This document shows positions 39,064-48,400 of a stretch of 64,000 bases of DNA, piece after piece. The DNA is from an uncultured Chloroflexia bacterium. Its GTDB lineage: Bacteria; Chloroflexota; Limnocylindria; Limnocylindrales; CSP1-4. The position numbers and the translations under genes are program-made. The stretch covers positions 1,227,348 through 1,291,347 of the forward strand of contig CAVSEO010000005.1 in the NCBI GenBank assembly GCA_963727005.1. Reading direction: 5' to 3'. Position 1 is the first letter of the stretch, and each line of letters opens with the position of its first letter. The notes under the pieces are model-generated. The model saw only the letters and a program-made list of their open reading frames with translations, was not told the origin of the DNA and made no database searches.

Positions 39064-39890
39064 ACGCCATGACCAATTCCCTGGCCGACTCTTACACCAT
39101 GCTCCGGCGGCAGCTGCGCCACATGCTGCGCTACCCGTCGCTGACGCTGATGGTGATCGGGATGCCGGTCGTCTTCCTGCTGCTCTTCGTGTACGTCTTC
39201 GGCGGAGCGATCGGAGCCGGCCTCGGCGCCGGCGCCGCGGGATCTGCGGGATCCGGGGCATCCGCCGGCGGTAGTCGCAACGCCTACCTGGAATACGTGA
39301 CGCCCGGGATCCTGCTGATGACTGTCGCGGCCATCGTCCAGGGAACGGCGATCTCGGTGGCAATGGACATGACCGGCGGCATCGTGGCCAGGTTCAGGAC
39401 AATGTCCATATCCCGAGGCTCCGTGCTCACCGGCCACGTGCTCGGGGCCATGGTCCAGGCCGTGATCGCCGTCGGCATCGTGCTGGGAGTGGCCGTACTC
39501 ATCGGCTTCCGGCCCAGCGCAACCCCCTTCCAGTGGCTGGAGGCGATCGGGCTGCTGGCCCTTGCCTCGTTCGCGCTCATCTGGCTATCCGTGGCGCTCG
39601 GCATGGTGACCGACAGCGTCGAGACGGCCAGCAATCTACCCATGCCGCTCATCCTCCTGCCTTTCCTGGGGAGTGCGTTCGTGCGCACGGACACCATGCC
39701 CGGGCCGCTGAAGCTCTTCGCCGACTACCAGCCGTTCACCCCTGTCATCGAGACTCTCCGTGGGCTGCTCACCGGCGGTTCCGCGACCGGCGGCAGCGAG
39801 TGGCCACTGGCCGTCGGCTGGTGCGTGGCGATAGCCGCGCTCTCCTACCTCTGGGCGATGCGGCTGTACGAGAAGCACTCGGTCCACTGA
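39060..39890 (+). CDS. ABC-2 family transporter permease (DrrB-like)
   Basis: Six predicted transmembrane segments and an ABC2_membrane-like pattern. ATGA overlap with the ATPase stop. Confidence 0.8.
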   Translation: MNAMTNSLADSYTMLRRQLRHMLRYPSLTLMVIGMPVVFLLLFVYVFGGAIGAGLGAGAAGSAGSGASAGGSRNAYLEYVTPGILLMTVAAIVQGTAISVAMDMTGGIVARFRTMSISRGSVLTGHVLGAMVQAVIAVGIVLGVAVLIGFRPSATPFQWLEAIGLLALASFALIWLSVALGMVTDSVETASNLPMPLILLPFLGSAFVRTDTMPGPLKLFADYQPFTPVIETLRGLLTGGSATGGSEWPLAVGWCVAIAALSYLWAMRLYEKHSVH

Positions 39891-39906
39891 ACGGGACTAT
39901 CTGTCG

Positions 39907-40638
39907 CTACCGGCTATTGCTACCGGTCCTCAGCAGTAGCCCCAGCGTGCGCTTGTGGCCGTTCTGCTGCGCGAAGCCAATTGCGGAGAGCCCATGACTT
40001 CCCTGAGCCTTGGGGTCCGCGCCATGTCGCAGCAACGCGCTGACCACGGCATCTTGGCCGTGCTGCGCGGCAAACATGATCGCGGTGCTTCCGTCGTTCG
40101 CCTGCGAGCCGACACCGGCTCCGGCGCTCAACAAGGCTTCGACAGCGGGGAGCGATCCCGCGTTCGCAGCAAACATCAGTGCTGTATAGCCCTCCTGATC
40201 CTGCCTCTCGAGCGCGGCGCCGGCCGCGCAGAGCAGGGCGACGATCGAGCCATGGCCCATGTACGCGGCCGCCATCAGCGGCGTCAGGCCGGTCGGGTCG
40301 GCATCGTCGAGAGCCGCGCCGGCGTCGACCAGCAGGCGTACGGTGTCCACAGAACCGTTGGAGGCGGGGAAGATGAGCAGGGGCCCCTGGGTGGCATCGG
40401 GCCTCGAGCTGCGCACGTGCTGCGAGGGATCGGCGCCTGCCTTCAGCAGGACTGCGACTCCCTCCGCCCAGCCCCGGCTGGCCGCGATGCCGATCGCCGA
40501 CACGCCATCGGGATCGCAGGCGTTCGGGTCGCCGCCTTCGGACAGCTGGGCCCGAAGTTCAGCAGCGTCGCCGGATCCGACGGCGTTCAAGATGCGCTGC
40601 GATGGCTTCTGGATTGGCTCCAAAGTCCCTACTCCCAC
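39907..40638 (-). CDS. Ankyrin-repeat protein
   Basis: Repeated ...G(x)TALMFAAxxGHxxxVxxLLxxGAD... units (at least 5 ankyrin repeats). Confidence 0.8.
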   Translation of the reverse strand: MGVGTLEPIQKPSQRILNAVGSGDAAELRAQLSEGGDPNACDPDGVSAIGIAASRGWAEGVAVLLKAGADPSQHVRSSRPDATQGPLLIFPASNGSVDTVRLLVDAGAALDDADPTGLTPLMAAAYMGHGSIVALLCAAGAALERQDQEGYTALMFAANAGSLPAVEALLSAGAGVGSQANDGSTAIMFAAQHGQDAVVSALLRHGADPKAQGSHGLSAIGFAQQNGHKRTLGLLLRTGSNSR

Positions 40639-41885
40639 CCTGATCGCCCAAAGGCACGGACGCGTTCGACTGCCGGCAGAAGCCTACACGGCAGGGCCAA
40701 ACCGGCCTCCAAGGCAGTCGGCCGGCCTACCGGCAGGCGGGAGGCGCCTTCGAGGGGTCGACGCCGGCGCAGACGTCTAGCTTCTTCGCCCAGGCCGAAT
40801 CGATTACGAAGTTGAGGTTGTCCTTCGTGATTGCCTGTGGCGTGACCAGCAGCGCAGGTCACCTGATTGTTGGGCAAGGAGAGCGGTCTGGCGCCGGTGA
40901 CCTTGGAGATGTCCGGGTTCTTGCATAGCTCCACGGCGGCATCGCCCGCCGCTTTCCCCAGCAGCCGCAGGTCCGGCCAGACGTCGACCGTCTGTGTACC
41001 CAGGGCGACCTTGTTGAGGCTCATCGTGTCGCCGCCCTGGCCGGCAACGGCGACCTTGCCGTCGAGGCCGACTTCCTTGAGGGCGGCTATGACGCCGGCC
41101 GCCATGCCGTCGTTCTCGGCGATGACCGCGTCGATCCCGTTGTGGTACTGCGTCAGGACCTGTGCCATCTCGGTATACGCCGTGGAGGGGTCCCAGTTCA
41201 CGGTGTAGGTCTCGGCGACGATCTTGATGTCGCCTCTGTCGATTGCGGGCTGCAGGACCTCGTGAATGCCGGAGGCGATCAGATCGGGCTCGAGTTGGCC
41301 CACGGGATGGCCCTTGATAATCACGTAGTTGCCCTTGGGCTTCGCGGCGAGCATGGCACGCGCCTCCATCCGTCCGATCTCGACCGGGTCGAACGCGACC
41401 AGGAGCGCCTTCGGGCTGTCGACTACACGATCGTAGGCAATGACGGGGACGCCCGCGTCAACCGCCCTGTCGATCGCACCCAGTAGCTCGGCAGTCACTG
41501 CCCCGTCGGGGAACCCTAGCGTTGGCCGAACGACTATGACCTTCGCGCCTTTCGCAACGAACTCGCCGATCTGGGCTATCTGCGTTTCGACCTCCGACTT
41601 GGCGTCGACGAACTCGTACGTGCCCCCGGCAGCCTCGATCGGCTTCTCCATCGATGGCTGGTCCCACATTGCGATTCGTTCTTCGGCATAGGCGTCCCAC
41701 GCCTCGCCGACGAGACAGCTCGATGTTGGTGACGAATACGGGGTCAGGCCGGGGGTCGGCGATGAGGGCGAGGTCGGCGGAGTGCCGGTCGCCGCGGCGG
41801 AGGTGCAGGCGGTGCTGATCAGGCAGGCTACAACGCCGATTGCCATGACCCTGAGCGCCGGTCCGCCGGATTTCATGTTCCTCAT
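40629..41885 (-). CDS. Sugar ABC transporter periplasmic substrate-binding lipoprotein (ribose/xylose-binding family); the 3' end is uncertain
   Basis: Lipoprotein signal (VVACLISTAC) and a Pro/Ser/Thr-rich linker, then ...GAKVIVVRPTLGFPDGA...PVIAYDRVVDSP...IKGHPVG... (periplasmic_binding_1-like). The last ~80 aa are Arg-rich and probably out of frame. Confidence 0.6.
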   Translation of the reverse strand: MRNMKSGGPALRVMAIGVVACLISTACTSAAATGTPPTSPSSPTPGLTPYSSPTSSCLVGEAWDAYAEERIAMWDQPSMEKPIEAAGGTYEFVDAKSEVETQIAQIGEFVAKGAKVIVVRPTLGFPDGAVTAELLGAIDRAVDAGVPVIAYDRVVDSPKALLVAFDPVEIGRMEARAMLAAKPKGNYVIIKGHPVGQLEPDLIASGIHEVLQPAIDRGDIKIVAETYTVNWDPSTAYTEMAQVLTQYHNGIDAVIAENDGMAAGVIAALKEVGLDGKVAVAGQGGDTMSLNKVALGTQTVDVWPDLRLLGKAAGDAAVELCKNPDISKVTGARPLSLPNNQVTCAAGHATGNHEGQPQLRNRFGLGEEARRLRRRRPLEGASRLPVGRPTALEAGLALPCRLLPAVERVRAFGRSGWE

Positions 41886-42006
41886 GTCGCCCCTTCCTGG
41901 AAGCTCCCCTTCGGGCCGATCCGCGCCGCTTTCGCAAAACGATAGACCTTGAGCTGCCGCTTCGACGCTGTCCTCCAGCTCAATGCTGATTGGCCAACCG
42001 GCCCGG

Positions 42007-43215
42007 TTACGGGGTGTAGATCTCCGGCCACTCGACGCCGCCCTCGCTGCGGCCTCCCGCGATCAGGACCTGGCCGCTCTGCAGCAAGGTTGAGGTGAAG
42101 GCGACGCGAATCATCGTCATCGACCCGGTTGGACTGAACGAGCCCGTGGCCGGGTCGTACAACTCCGCCGACGCCAGGTCCGAGTCCCACGGGGCGCTCA
42201 TCCCTCCGGCGATCAGGACCTTTCCAGTTGCCAGCAAGGTCGCGGCATGCCCGAAGCGAGGGCCGGACATCGGACCGGTTGGGCTGAACGAGCCCGTGGC
42301 CGGGTCGTACAACTCCGCCGACGCAAAGTATTGGCCTTCGCCGTTGGTTGGGGTGCCGCCGGTGATCAGGACCTTGCCGCTCGCCAGCAACGTCGCGGTA
42401 TGGCCCCACCGGGGGCTCCACATCGACCCTGTCGAGCTGAACGAGCCCGTCGCAGGGTCATAAAGCTGGGCCGACGCCACCGAGGCCGCCTCGTCGTAGC
42501 CTCCGGCGAGCAGGACCTTGCCGCTCGACAGCAGAGTCGCGGTCTGTCCATCTAGAGGGCCGGTCATGGACCCGGTCGGCCTGAAGGTGCCGGTGTCGGG
42601 GTCATACAGCTCTGCCGAGGCGAGGTCGGCGGGCGAGTAGGCCGACGCGCCGCCGGTGATCAGAACCTTGCCGTCTGCCAGCAAGGTCGCCGTGTGGCTC
42701 GCTCGAGGGTGCAACATGGACCCGGTCGATTTGAACGAGCCCGTGGCAGGGTCATACAGCTCCGCCGACGCCATTCTCTCCTCGCTGGCCTCGGCGCCCC
42801 GGCCGCCGGCGATCAGGACCTTGCCGTTGGCGAGCAAGGTCGCCGTGTGGCTCGCTCGACGGCGCGACATCGATCCCGTCGCGGCGAATGAGTCGGTGCT
42901 CGGGTCGTACAGCTCCGCCGGCGCCATCGGGTAGCCGGAGTCCTCTCCCCCTCCGGCGATCAGGACCTTGCCGTTGGGCAGCAACGTTGCGGTGGGCCCC
43001 AACCGATTGACCAGCATCGGCCCGGTCGTCGCGACGAACTCACCCGGGCGGCCCACCACGGGCCGCGCAGCGGTCTGCGTCGCGGCGGGCGCAGTCGTCG
43101 CTGCACCGGCCGCACAAGCGCCGGCCACGAGTGCCACAGCCAGAAAGACCACCGAGATCCTGAGACTGCTGACCACCGACGCGCCTTCCCTTCTTCCCCT
43201 GCCGCAGGGCCGCAT
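42007..43215 (-). CDS. Secreted Kelch-repeat beta-propeller protein
   Basis: Signal peptide (VVFLAVALVAGACAAGA), then 6-7 repeats of AELYDPxTGSFxxTGSMxxPRxxHTATLLxxGKVLIAGG. Confidence 0.8.
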   Translation of the reverse strand: MRPCGRGRREGASVVSSLRISVVFLAVALVAGACAAGAATTAPAATQTAARPVVGRPGEFVATTGPMLVNRLGPTATLLPNGKVLIAGGGEDSGYPMAPAELYDPSTDSFAATGSMSRRRASHTATLLANGKVLIAGGRGAEASEERMASAELYDPATGSFKSTGSMLHPRASHTATLLADGKVLITGGASAYSPADLASAELYDPDTGTFRPTGSMTGPLDGQTATLLSSGKVLLAGGYDEAASVASAQLYDPATGSFSSTGSMWSPRWGHTATLLASGKVLITGGTPTNGEGQYFASAELYDPATGSFSPTGPMSGPRFGHAATLLATGKVLIAGGMSAPWDSDLASAELYDPATGSFSPTGSMTMIRVAFTSTLLQSGQVLIAGGRSEGGVEWPEIYTP

Positions 43216-43299
43216 CGATAGAGATGCGGCCGCCGCGGCTCGCAGCCCATTGTGGCATGGCCACGTCTGGCCGAACGCCTCGACGACGCTGGGACCAGG

Positions 43300-43776
43300 T
43301 CAGCCAGCGCAGCGAAGTCCGGCGCAGCCGAGCGGTCCAGTGTTGCTCCAGCAGGAGAGGAGAGCGTTCAAGCCGTCGTACCCCGTGAAGACCGGCAGGC
43401 CGAGGTAGTGGTCGCAGGTCGGCTTGCCGAGCACCTCTTCGCAGTGCTCGTGGGCGGTCACGCCAAGGCGACTCAGGTATTCGGAAACGTCGTGCATGTG
43501 GAGCGCACGCCGCCTGTTCGCCGGGTAGTCGATGAGGTCGTAGGCGTACTCGGCGCGTTCGAAACGGCCCGATCCGGTAGGTTGCCAGACCTCCTGGGCG
43601 GTTATCAGCGCGGGTTTGGGATCGTTGGAGCCCGCCAGTTGGGCCGTGATCGCGAACCCGATCTCGCCGGAGTCGTAGCGATCAAGGACAGGTTCGAGTA
43701 CCTCAGCGCCGAGGTTGCGAAGATAGACGGCCAACCCTCCGACGTAGGAGGCGATCTGCGCGGGAGACTGACTCAC
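43300..43776 (-). CDS. Hypothetical Cys/His-rich protein, translationally coupled to the upstream HTH gene
   Basis: ...RRALHMHDVSEYLSRLGVTAHEHCEEVLGKPTCDHYLGLPVF...CWSNTGPLGCAGLRCAG. No domain recognised. The start overlaps the stop of 43773-44057 (ATGA). Confidence 0.4.
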   Translation of the reverse strand: MSQSPAQIASYVGGLAVYLRNLGAEVLEPVLDRYDSGEIGFAITAQLAGSNDPKPALITAQEVWQPTGSGRFERAEYAYDLIDYPANRRRALHMHDVSEYLSRLGVTAHEHCEEVLGKPTCDHYLGLPVFTGYDGLNALLSCWSNTGPLGCAGLRCAG

Positions 43777-44057
43777 GCGCTGCGAACGCGCGCGATGGGC
43801 TCGGCGGCTTCGGGCAGCCGCTCACCCGCTCCTATCCGGGGCCGCTTCTTGACCTCGGCAGAGATGCGCGCGGGCGATGGCGACTCCAGCGCTCCGGCCT
43901 TGTACTTCTCGAACGCAGCGACCGGAATCCTGTAGATGCGCTCTGACACGCGAATGGCCGGCAATCGCTGCTCGTGGATAAGGCGAAGTACGGTCGATGT
44001 ACTGACCGCCAGCTCCGACGCTATCTCATTGGGTGAGAGGAATGGCTTGTCCTGCAC
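43773..44057 (-). CDS. Excisionase-family (HTH_17/MerR-like) DNA-binding protein
   Basis: ...LSPNEIASELAVSTSTVLRLIHEQRLPAIRVSERIYRIPVAAFEKY is a typical Xis-family helix-turn-helix. It lies directly beside tRNA-Ser(TGA). Confidence 0.6.
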   Translation of the reverse strand: MQDKPFLSPNEIASELAVSTSTVLRLIHEQRLPAIRVSERIYRIPVAAFEKYKAGALESPSPARISAEVKKRPRIGAGERLPEAAEPIARVRSA

Positions 44058-44160
44058 GTTATGGCTCCTATGGGCTATCGGCAGGATACGCCACGTTCTG
44101 CAGGAGTCAAGTCAGGCGGACGAGGGCATGATCAAAATGGGGATTTCACGAAGGAATTCT

Positions 44161-44248
44161 TGGCGGAGAGGGTGAGATTCGAACTCACGGGACTCTCGTC
44201 CAGCGGTTTTCAAGACCGCCGCAATAGACCGCTCTGCCACCTCTCCGC
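44161..44248 (-). tRNA. tRNA-Ser (anticodon TGA)
   Basis: Reverse complement is GCGGAGAGGTGGCAGAGCGGTCTATTGCGGCGGTCTTGAAAACCGCTGGACGAGAGTCCCGTGAGTTCGAATCTCACCCTCTCCGCCA. Anticodon loop CUUGAAA, long variable arm. Confidence 0.9.
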
Positions 44249-44300
44249 TGGTCGCGGCACGATGGCACTCTAGCGCGTCGGCCGGGAGCCCGTGCCGAGG

Positions 44301-45089
44301 TTACGGGCCGTACCCGATCAAGCTCAGTCTCAGCCAGCCCGTTCCCACCACGACCCCGGCGACGAACACCAGGTAGCGAAGCACCCAGACCGGCGCGCTG
44401 CCCTCGCGCTCGGCCACCTGACGCGGCGCATACATGAGCATCGCGTAGTACACGGCGGAGAACGCCAGCAAGAAGCCGGCGAGCGGTACCAGTTCCGCGG
44501 ATGCCGCAGGCAGAGGACCTCTGAGGGCGCTACCCGCGGGCCGGCCGATCACTGCGTCGATCATGGTCCAGAACAGCCCACCTGCCGCCCAGACGAACGG
44601 CGCGACGAGTGTTCGCCGGACGGAGACCGGCAGAGGCGGAGCGAGGAATCGCACGGCGGCAATCAACGCCGCGCCGGTGACGCAGAAGAGACCCGGCCCC
44701 CACGACGGCAGGTCGAGGGCGATTCCTCCGGAGATCGCTACGAGCAGCAGCCCGCCGGTGAACGGACCCACGGCGCCCGAGTTCAGGAAACTCGAGTCCG
44801 AAGCGCCTGCGCTTGCCGGCCTCTTCGCGGCAAGACAGGCCAGGGCCGCCAGTACGGCGCCGAGACGCAGGATCCCCTGGAGCGGCTGGTCGGGATCGAA
44901 CGGACCGGCCGGCGACCCCGAGGAGGCGAGCAGCGGAACGCCCAGAGCGACCCAACCGAACAGGATCCAATCCTCGACTCGAAGCGCCGAAGCCAGCCAG
45001 CGCATCACAGCTTTCGCCGGCGCCCGCAGCGGCTCGGCTTCCTGCGAGTCGGCTACGCCGACTGAGTGCACCGGCATCGTCTCGCTCAT
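44301..45089 (-). CDS. Hypothetical polytopic membrane protein
   Basis: Multiple hydrophobic segments (WILFGWVALGVPLL, LRLGAVLAALACLAA, GGLLLVAISGGIAL ...). No domain recognised. Confidence 0.45.
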   Translation of the reverse strand: MSETMPVHSVGVADSQEAEPLRAPAKAVMRWLASALRVEDWILFGWVALGVPLLASSGSPAGPFDPDQPLQGILRLGAVLAALACLAAKRPASAGASDSSFLNSGAVGPFTGGLLLVAISGGIALDLPSWGPGLFCVTGAALIAAVRFLAPPLPVSVRRTLVAPFVWAAGGLFWTMIDAVIGRPAGSALRGPLPAASAELVPLAGFLLAFSAVYYAMLMYAPRQVAEREGSAPVWVLRYLVFVAGVVVGTGWLRLSLIGYGP

Positions 45090-45174
45090 TGCGCTCCTTG
45101 CAGCGCCTATGCGAGCACGATCCCGACCTCGATGCCAGTCCCCGACCCGGGGAGTTGCGCGTCGCGGTCCCCCT

Positions 45175-45993
45175 CTAGCGGATGAACCCCGCGGCCGGGC
45201 CCTTGGGCTTGATCGTGGACTTGAGATCGGCCCAGGCCACTACCGCGTTCGGCATCCCCGCGTTCGGGCTGGCGATGGCCCCCTGCGACCAGGCGAACTC
45301 GAGACCCGCGGGCGTGAACGTCCAGGCCTTGTCGAAGAAGCTCATCGGGATCGTCCCGCCGGGCCACTTGAGGTCGCTGCCGAGCGTCGCGCTCAGCGAC
45401 CCGCGGGTCTTGTCCGTGATGATCGGGAGCGCGGCGGCCGGGTTGGTGAACACGTCACTCAGGGTCAGCGTTGCGCCGGTCGAAGTGTCGAAGTTGATGC
45501 TCCCCGCTTCCCCGACGGTGGCCGTCCCGGTGACCTGGGTAAGGATGCTGAGCCTCAGGCTGACCAGCGAGGAGGTGTTCAGCGCGATCGTGTAGTTGCC
45601 GTCGAGCGTGCTCGGCCCGGCGCCGGTCAAGACCGCCGGGAGGTCGCCGGACGTGAAGGTGGCGATGTACGTGTTCACTTTCGCGGTGATCGCGTCGTTC
45701 ATCTTGGTCGCGACCGCGGCCGACACGCCGCCGATGACCGGCTTCTTGAATGTCACCGTCCAGCGGGAGTCCGGAGCCGTTGTGGCGACGATCTCGGCGG
45801 TGATTGCCGGCGGGGGCGGGCCGGGCGTGGGAGTGGCGCCGGGCGCGAGGTGTCGCGGGCGCGGGGCTGATGTAGATGGTCGGCGGGGTGGCGCTACTCC
45901 CGCCGCAGGCAGCCGCGGCCAGGATGACGAACGCCGCGACGCTCGCCAGTACACCGAAGCGTGTTAGTCGGCTGCCGAGCCTTCCCATCCGAT
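45175..45993 (-). CDS. DUF4163/DUF3298 lipoprotein paralog (one apparent frameshift near 45880)
   Basis: Lipobox N-terminus MGRLGSRLTRFGVLASVAAFVILAAAACGG (alternate frame), then ...DGNYTIALNTSS...GSINFDTSTGATLTLSDVFTNP...SFFDKAWTFTPAGLEFAW. Confidence 0.6.
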
Positions 45994-46057
45994 CCTTCTC
46001 CTCCCCTACCCGCCCGGCTGACGGAGCCGCGCGCATTTCCGACTGGGCAAGCCAATC

Positions 46058-46955
46058 CTACGCCACGAACGGTCCGGCCGGCCCGGACGGATTGATGACG
46101 CTCTTCAGCGCCGCCCACGGGATCACGATCGACGGCGTCCCACTCGCGGCCGAGGCAACCTGGAGTTCCTGGAAGGTGAGCCTGAGGCCGGAAGGCGTGA
46201 AGGCCCAGGCCTTGTCGAAGCTGGAGATTGCCGGAGTAGTGCCGGCGTTGATGGCGGTGGTATCGACGTCGCCCATGAGGGCCGCGGGCAGCAGCGTCCT
46301 CGACTGGGTCGACAACGCGGCGGCGCCGGCATCGGCCGTGGTGAACAGATCGGCCAGAGCGACGGTGGCCCCGCTGGACACGAGGAAGTTGATGCTGCCG
46401 GCGATCGTGCTGGTGCTGGCTCCGCCGAGGTACACCTCCTCGATGAAGGTGATGCCGATCACCGTGGACGAGTTGCTTCCCAGCTGGAACCCGCCGTTGA
46501 GAGTGCACGGCCCGGCGCCACCCCCGGAGGAGATCTTCGACTTGAAGTCGTCGATGAAGCCCGTGACCTTGGCCGTGATGGCGGAGTTCATCGTCGCCGC
46601 GGTTGGGACGCCGGAGGCGACCGGCTCCGCAAAGGTGACCGTCCAGTTGCCGCACTGGGTCGAGGTGCCGCTGTCCGTGACCTTGACGCTCGCGATCGTC
46701 GCTCCGGCAAGCGTAGGCGTGGGCTGTGGGCGAACCCGGCGTCGTCGGGCCCGAAGTATCAGCCGGTAAGGAGGCCTGGCCTGCCGGAGTGGGCACGGCC
46801 GACGGGGTGGCACCGGCGATCGAACCGGACGGCGCGGTGGACGGGGTGACGTAGACGATCGGCGGCGTCTGTCCGCTTCCGCCGCAACCGGCCGCGACCA
46901 GCGCAGCGACGACGGTAAACGCTCCGAGGCTCAGCCCGGCCCTTCGACGGTTCAT
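46058..46955 (-). CDS. DUF4163/DUF3298 lipoprotein paralog (one apparent frameshift near 46780)
   Basis: Lipobox N-terminus MNRRRAGLSLGAFTVVAALVAAGCGGSG (frame a), then ...CGNWTVTFAEPV...GSINFLVSSGATVALADLFTT...SFDKAWAFTPSGLRLTF (frame b). Confidence 0.6.
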
Positions 46956-46985
46956 CTCGATCCAGCCTCATTCGCACAATCGCCT

Positions 46986-48311
46986 CTACCGCACGACCCG
47001 ATCGGTGTGCATGTATGACTGCAGCGCCTCGGGGACCAGCATGCTGCCGTCCGCCTGCTGGTACGTCTCGAGGATGGCCGCGACCGTTCGGGCCAGGGCC
47101 AGACCGGAGCCGTTCAGGGTATGCACCAGCTCGGGCTTGGCTCCCGGTTCGGGTCGATACCGTATCGCCATCCGGCGGGCCTGGTAGTCGCGGAAGTTCG
47201 AGCAGGAGCTGACCTCGAGCCAGCGTTCGACCCCGGGCGCCCAGACCTCCAGGTCGTACTTCTTGGCCTGCACGAAGCCCATGTCCCCGGTCGCCATGAG
47301 CAGGACCCGATAGGCCAGGCCGAGCCGCTGGAGGATCACCTCCGCTCGACCGGTCAGCCATTCGAGCGCCTCGGTCGAAGCTTCCGGCTTCTCGAAGAAG
47401 ACCATCTCGACCTTGTCGAACTGGTGGATCCGCAGGATGCCGCGGGTGTCCTTGCCGGCGGCTCCGGCTTCGCGGCGGAAGCAGGGCGAGTAGGCCGCGT
47501 ACCGGATCGGCAGCTGGTCCGCCTCGAAGATCTCGTTGCGATGGAGGTTGGTGACCGGGACTTCCGCGGTGGGAACGAGGTAGAGGTCGTCGCGCGGGAC
47601 GACGTACATGAGGTCTTCCTTGTCGGGGATCTGGCCGGTGCCACGAGCCGAAGCCGCGTTCACCAGCGCCGGCGGCCAGATCTCGGTCATGCCGTGCTCC
47701 GCCGTGTGGACGTCGAGCATGAAGTCGATGAGGGCCCGCTGGAGGCGTGAGCCCTGGCCGGTGTACACGGGGAACCCGGAGCCGGTGATCTTGGCGCCGC
47801 GCTCCAGATCGAGCATGCGGAGGGTCTCGGCGACCTCCCAGTGCGGCCGGCGAGACCATGTGGCACCGTCGGCGGTCCCGGCGTCGCGTGGCTGGTCCTT
47901 GGGGAGCGGCTCACCCCAGGTGCGGACGACCCGATTGGCCGAGGCGTCGCCCACGGGAACGTCCGGGTCGGCCGGATTCGGGATGCGCAGGAGCAGCTCC
48001 TCGAGCTGGGCTTCGGTCGCGGCCAGCTCGGCGTTCAGCTGCTCGATCTGGACTCCGGCATCCGTGGAGGCTCGGCGGAGAGCGGCGGCCTCGGGGCCGT
48101 TTGGCGCGGCGCCGGCGCGGATCGCGTCGCCGATCTTCCTGGACGCGACGTTGCGCTCGGCCTTGAGACGGTCCGAGTCGCCGAGCAGCTGGCGGCGCTT
48201 GCCCTCCAGGGCCAGGGCCGCGTCCACGACCGACGGGTCCTCGCCCTTGTCGATCGCTCCCTGGCGGATGCGGTCCGGCTCCTCGCGCAGCCTGGCCAGC
48301 CCGATGCTCAT
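46986..48311 (-). CDS. serS: Seryl-tRNA synthetase
   Basis: MSIGLARLREEPDRIRQGA... (coiled-coil N-terminus), ...FRREAGAAGKDTRGILRIHQFDKVEMV... (class II motif 2), ...GSGLALARTVAAILE (motif 3). Confidence 0.95.
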   Translation of the reverse strand: MSIGLARLREEPDRIRQGAIDKGEDPSVVDAALALEGKRRQLLGDSDRLKAERNVASRKIGDAIRAGAAPNGPEAAALRRASTDAGVQIEQLNAELAATEAQLEELLLRIPNPADPDVPVGDASANRVVRTWGEPLPKDQPRDAGTADGATWSRRPHWEVAETLRMLDLERGAKITGSGFPVYTGQGSRLQRALIDFMLDVHTAEHGMTEIWPPALVNAASARGTGQIPDKEDLMYVVPRDDLYLVPTAEVPVTNLHRNEIFEADQLPIRYAAYSPCFRREAGAAGKDTRGILRIHQFDKVEMVFFEKPEASTEALEWLTGRAEVILQRLGLAYRVLLMATGDMGFVQAKKYDLEVWAPGVERWLEVSSCSNFRDYQARRMAIRYRPEPGAKPELVHTLNGSGLALARTVAAILETYQQADGSMLVPEALQSYMHTDRVVR

Positions 48312-48400
48312 GCGTCGCTACTCCCTGGGTTCGTCACTCCTGGGTTCGTCCGGCGGCCGGAGCCGCGCACTGCCTGTGAGTTTAGCCGCAGTCGCGGTGA

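Noticed and set aside
44161-44248. Integrase / complete integrative element at tRNA-Ser(TGA)
   Set aside because: No tyrosine or serine recombinase ORF, and no obvious direct repeat of the tRNA 3' end, was found in the window. Only an excisionase-like helix-turn-helix gene is present, so the case stays at the 'possible remnant' level.
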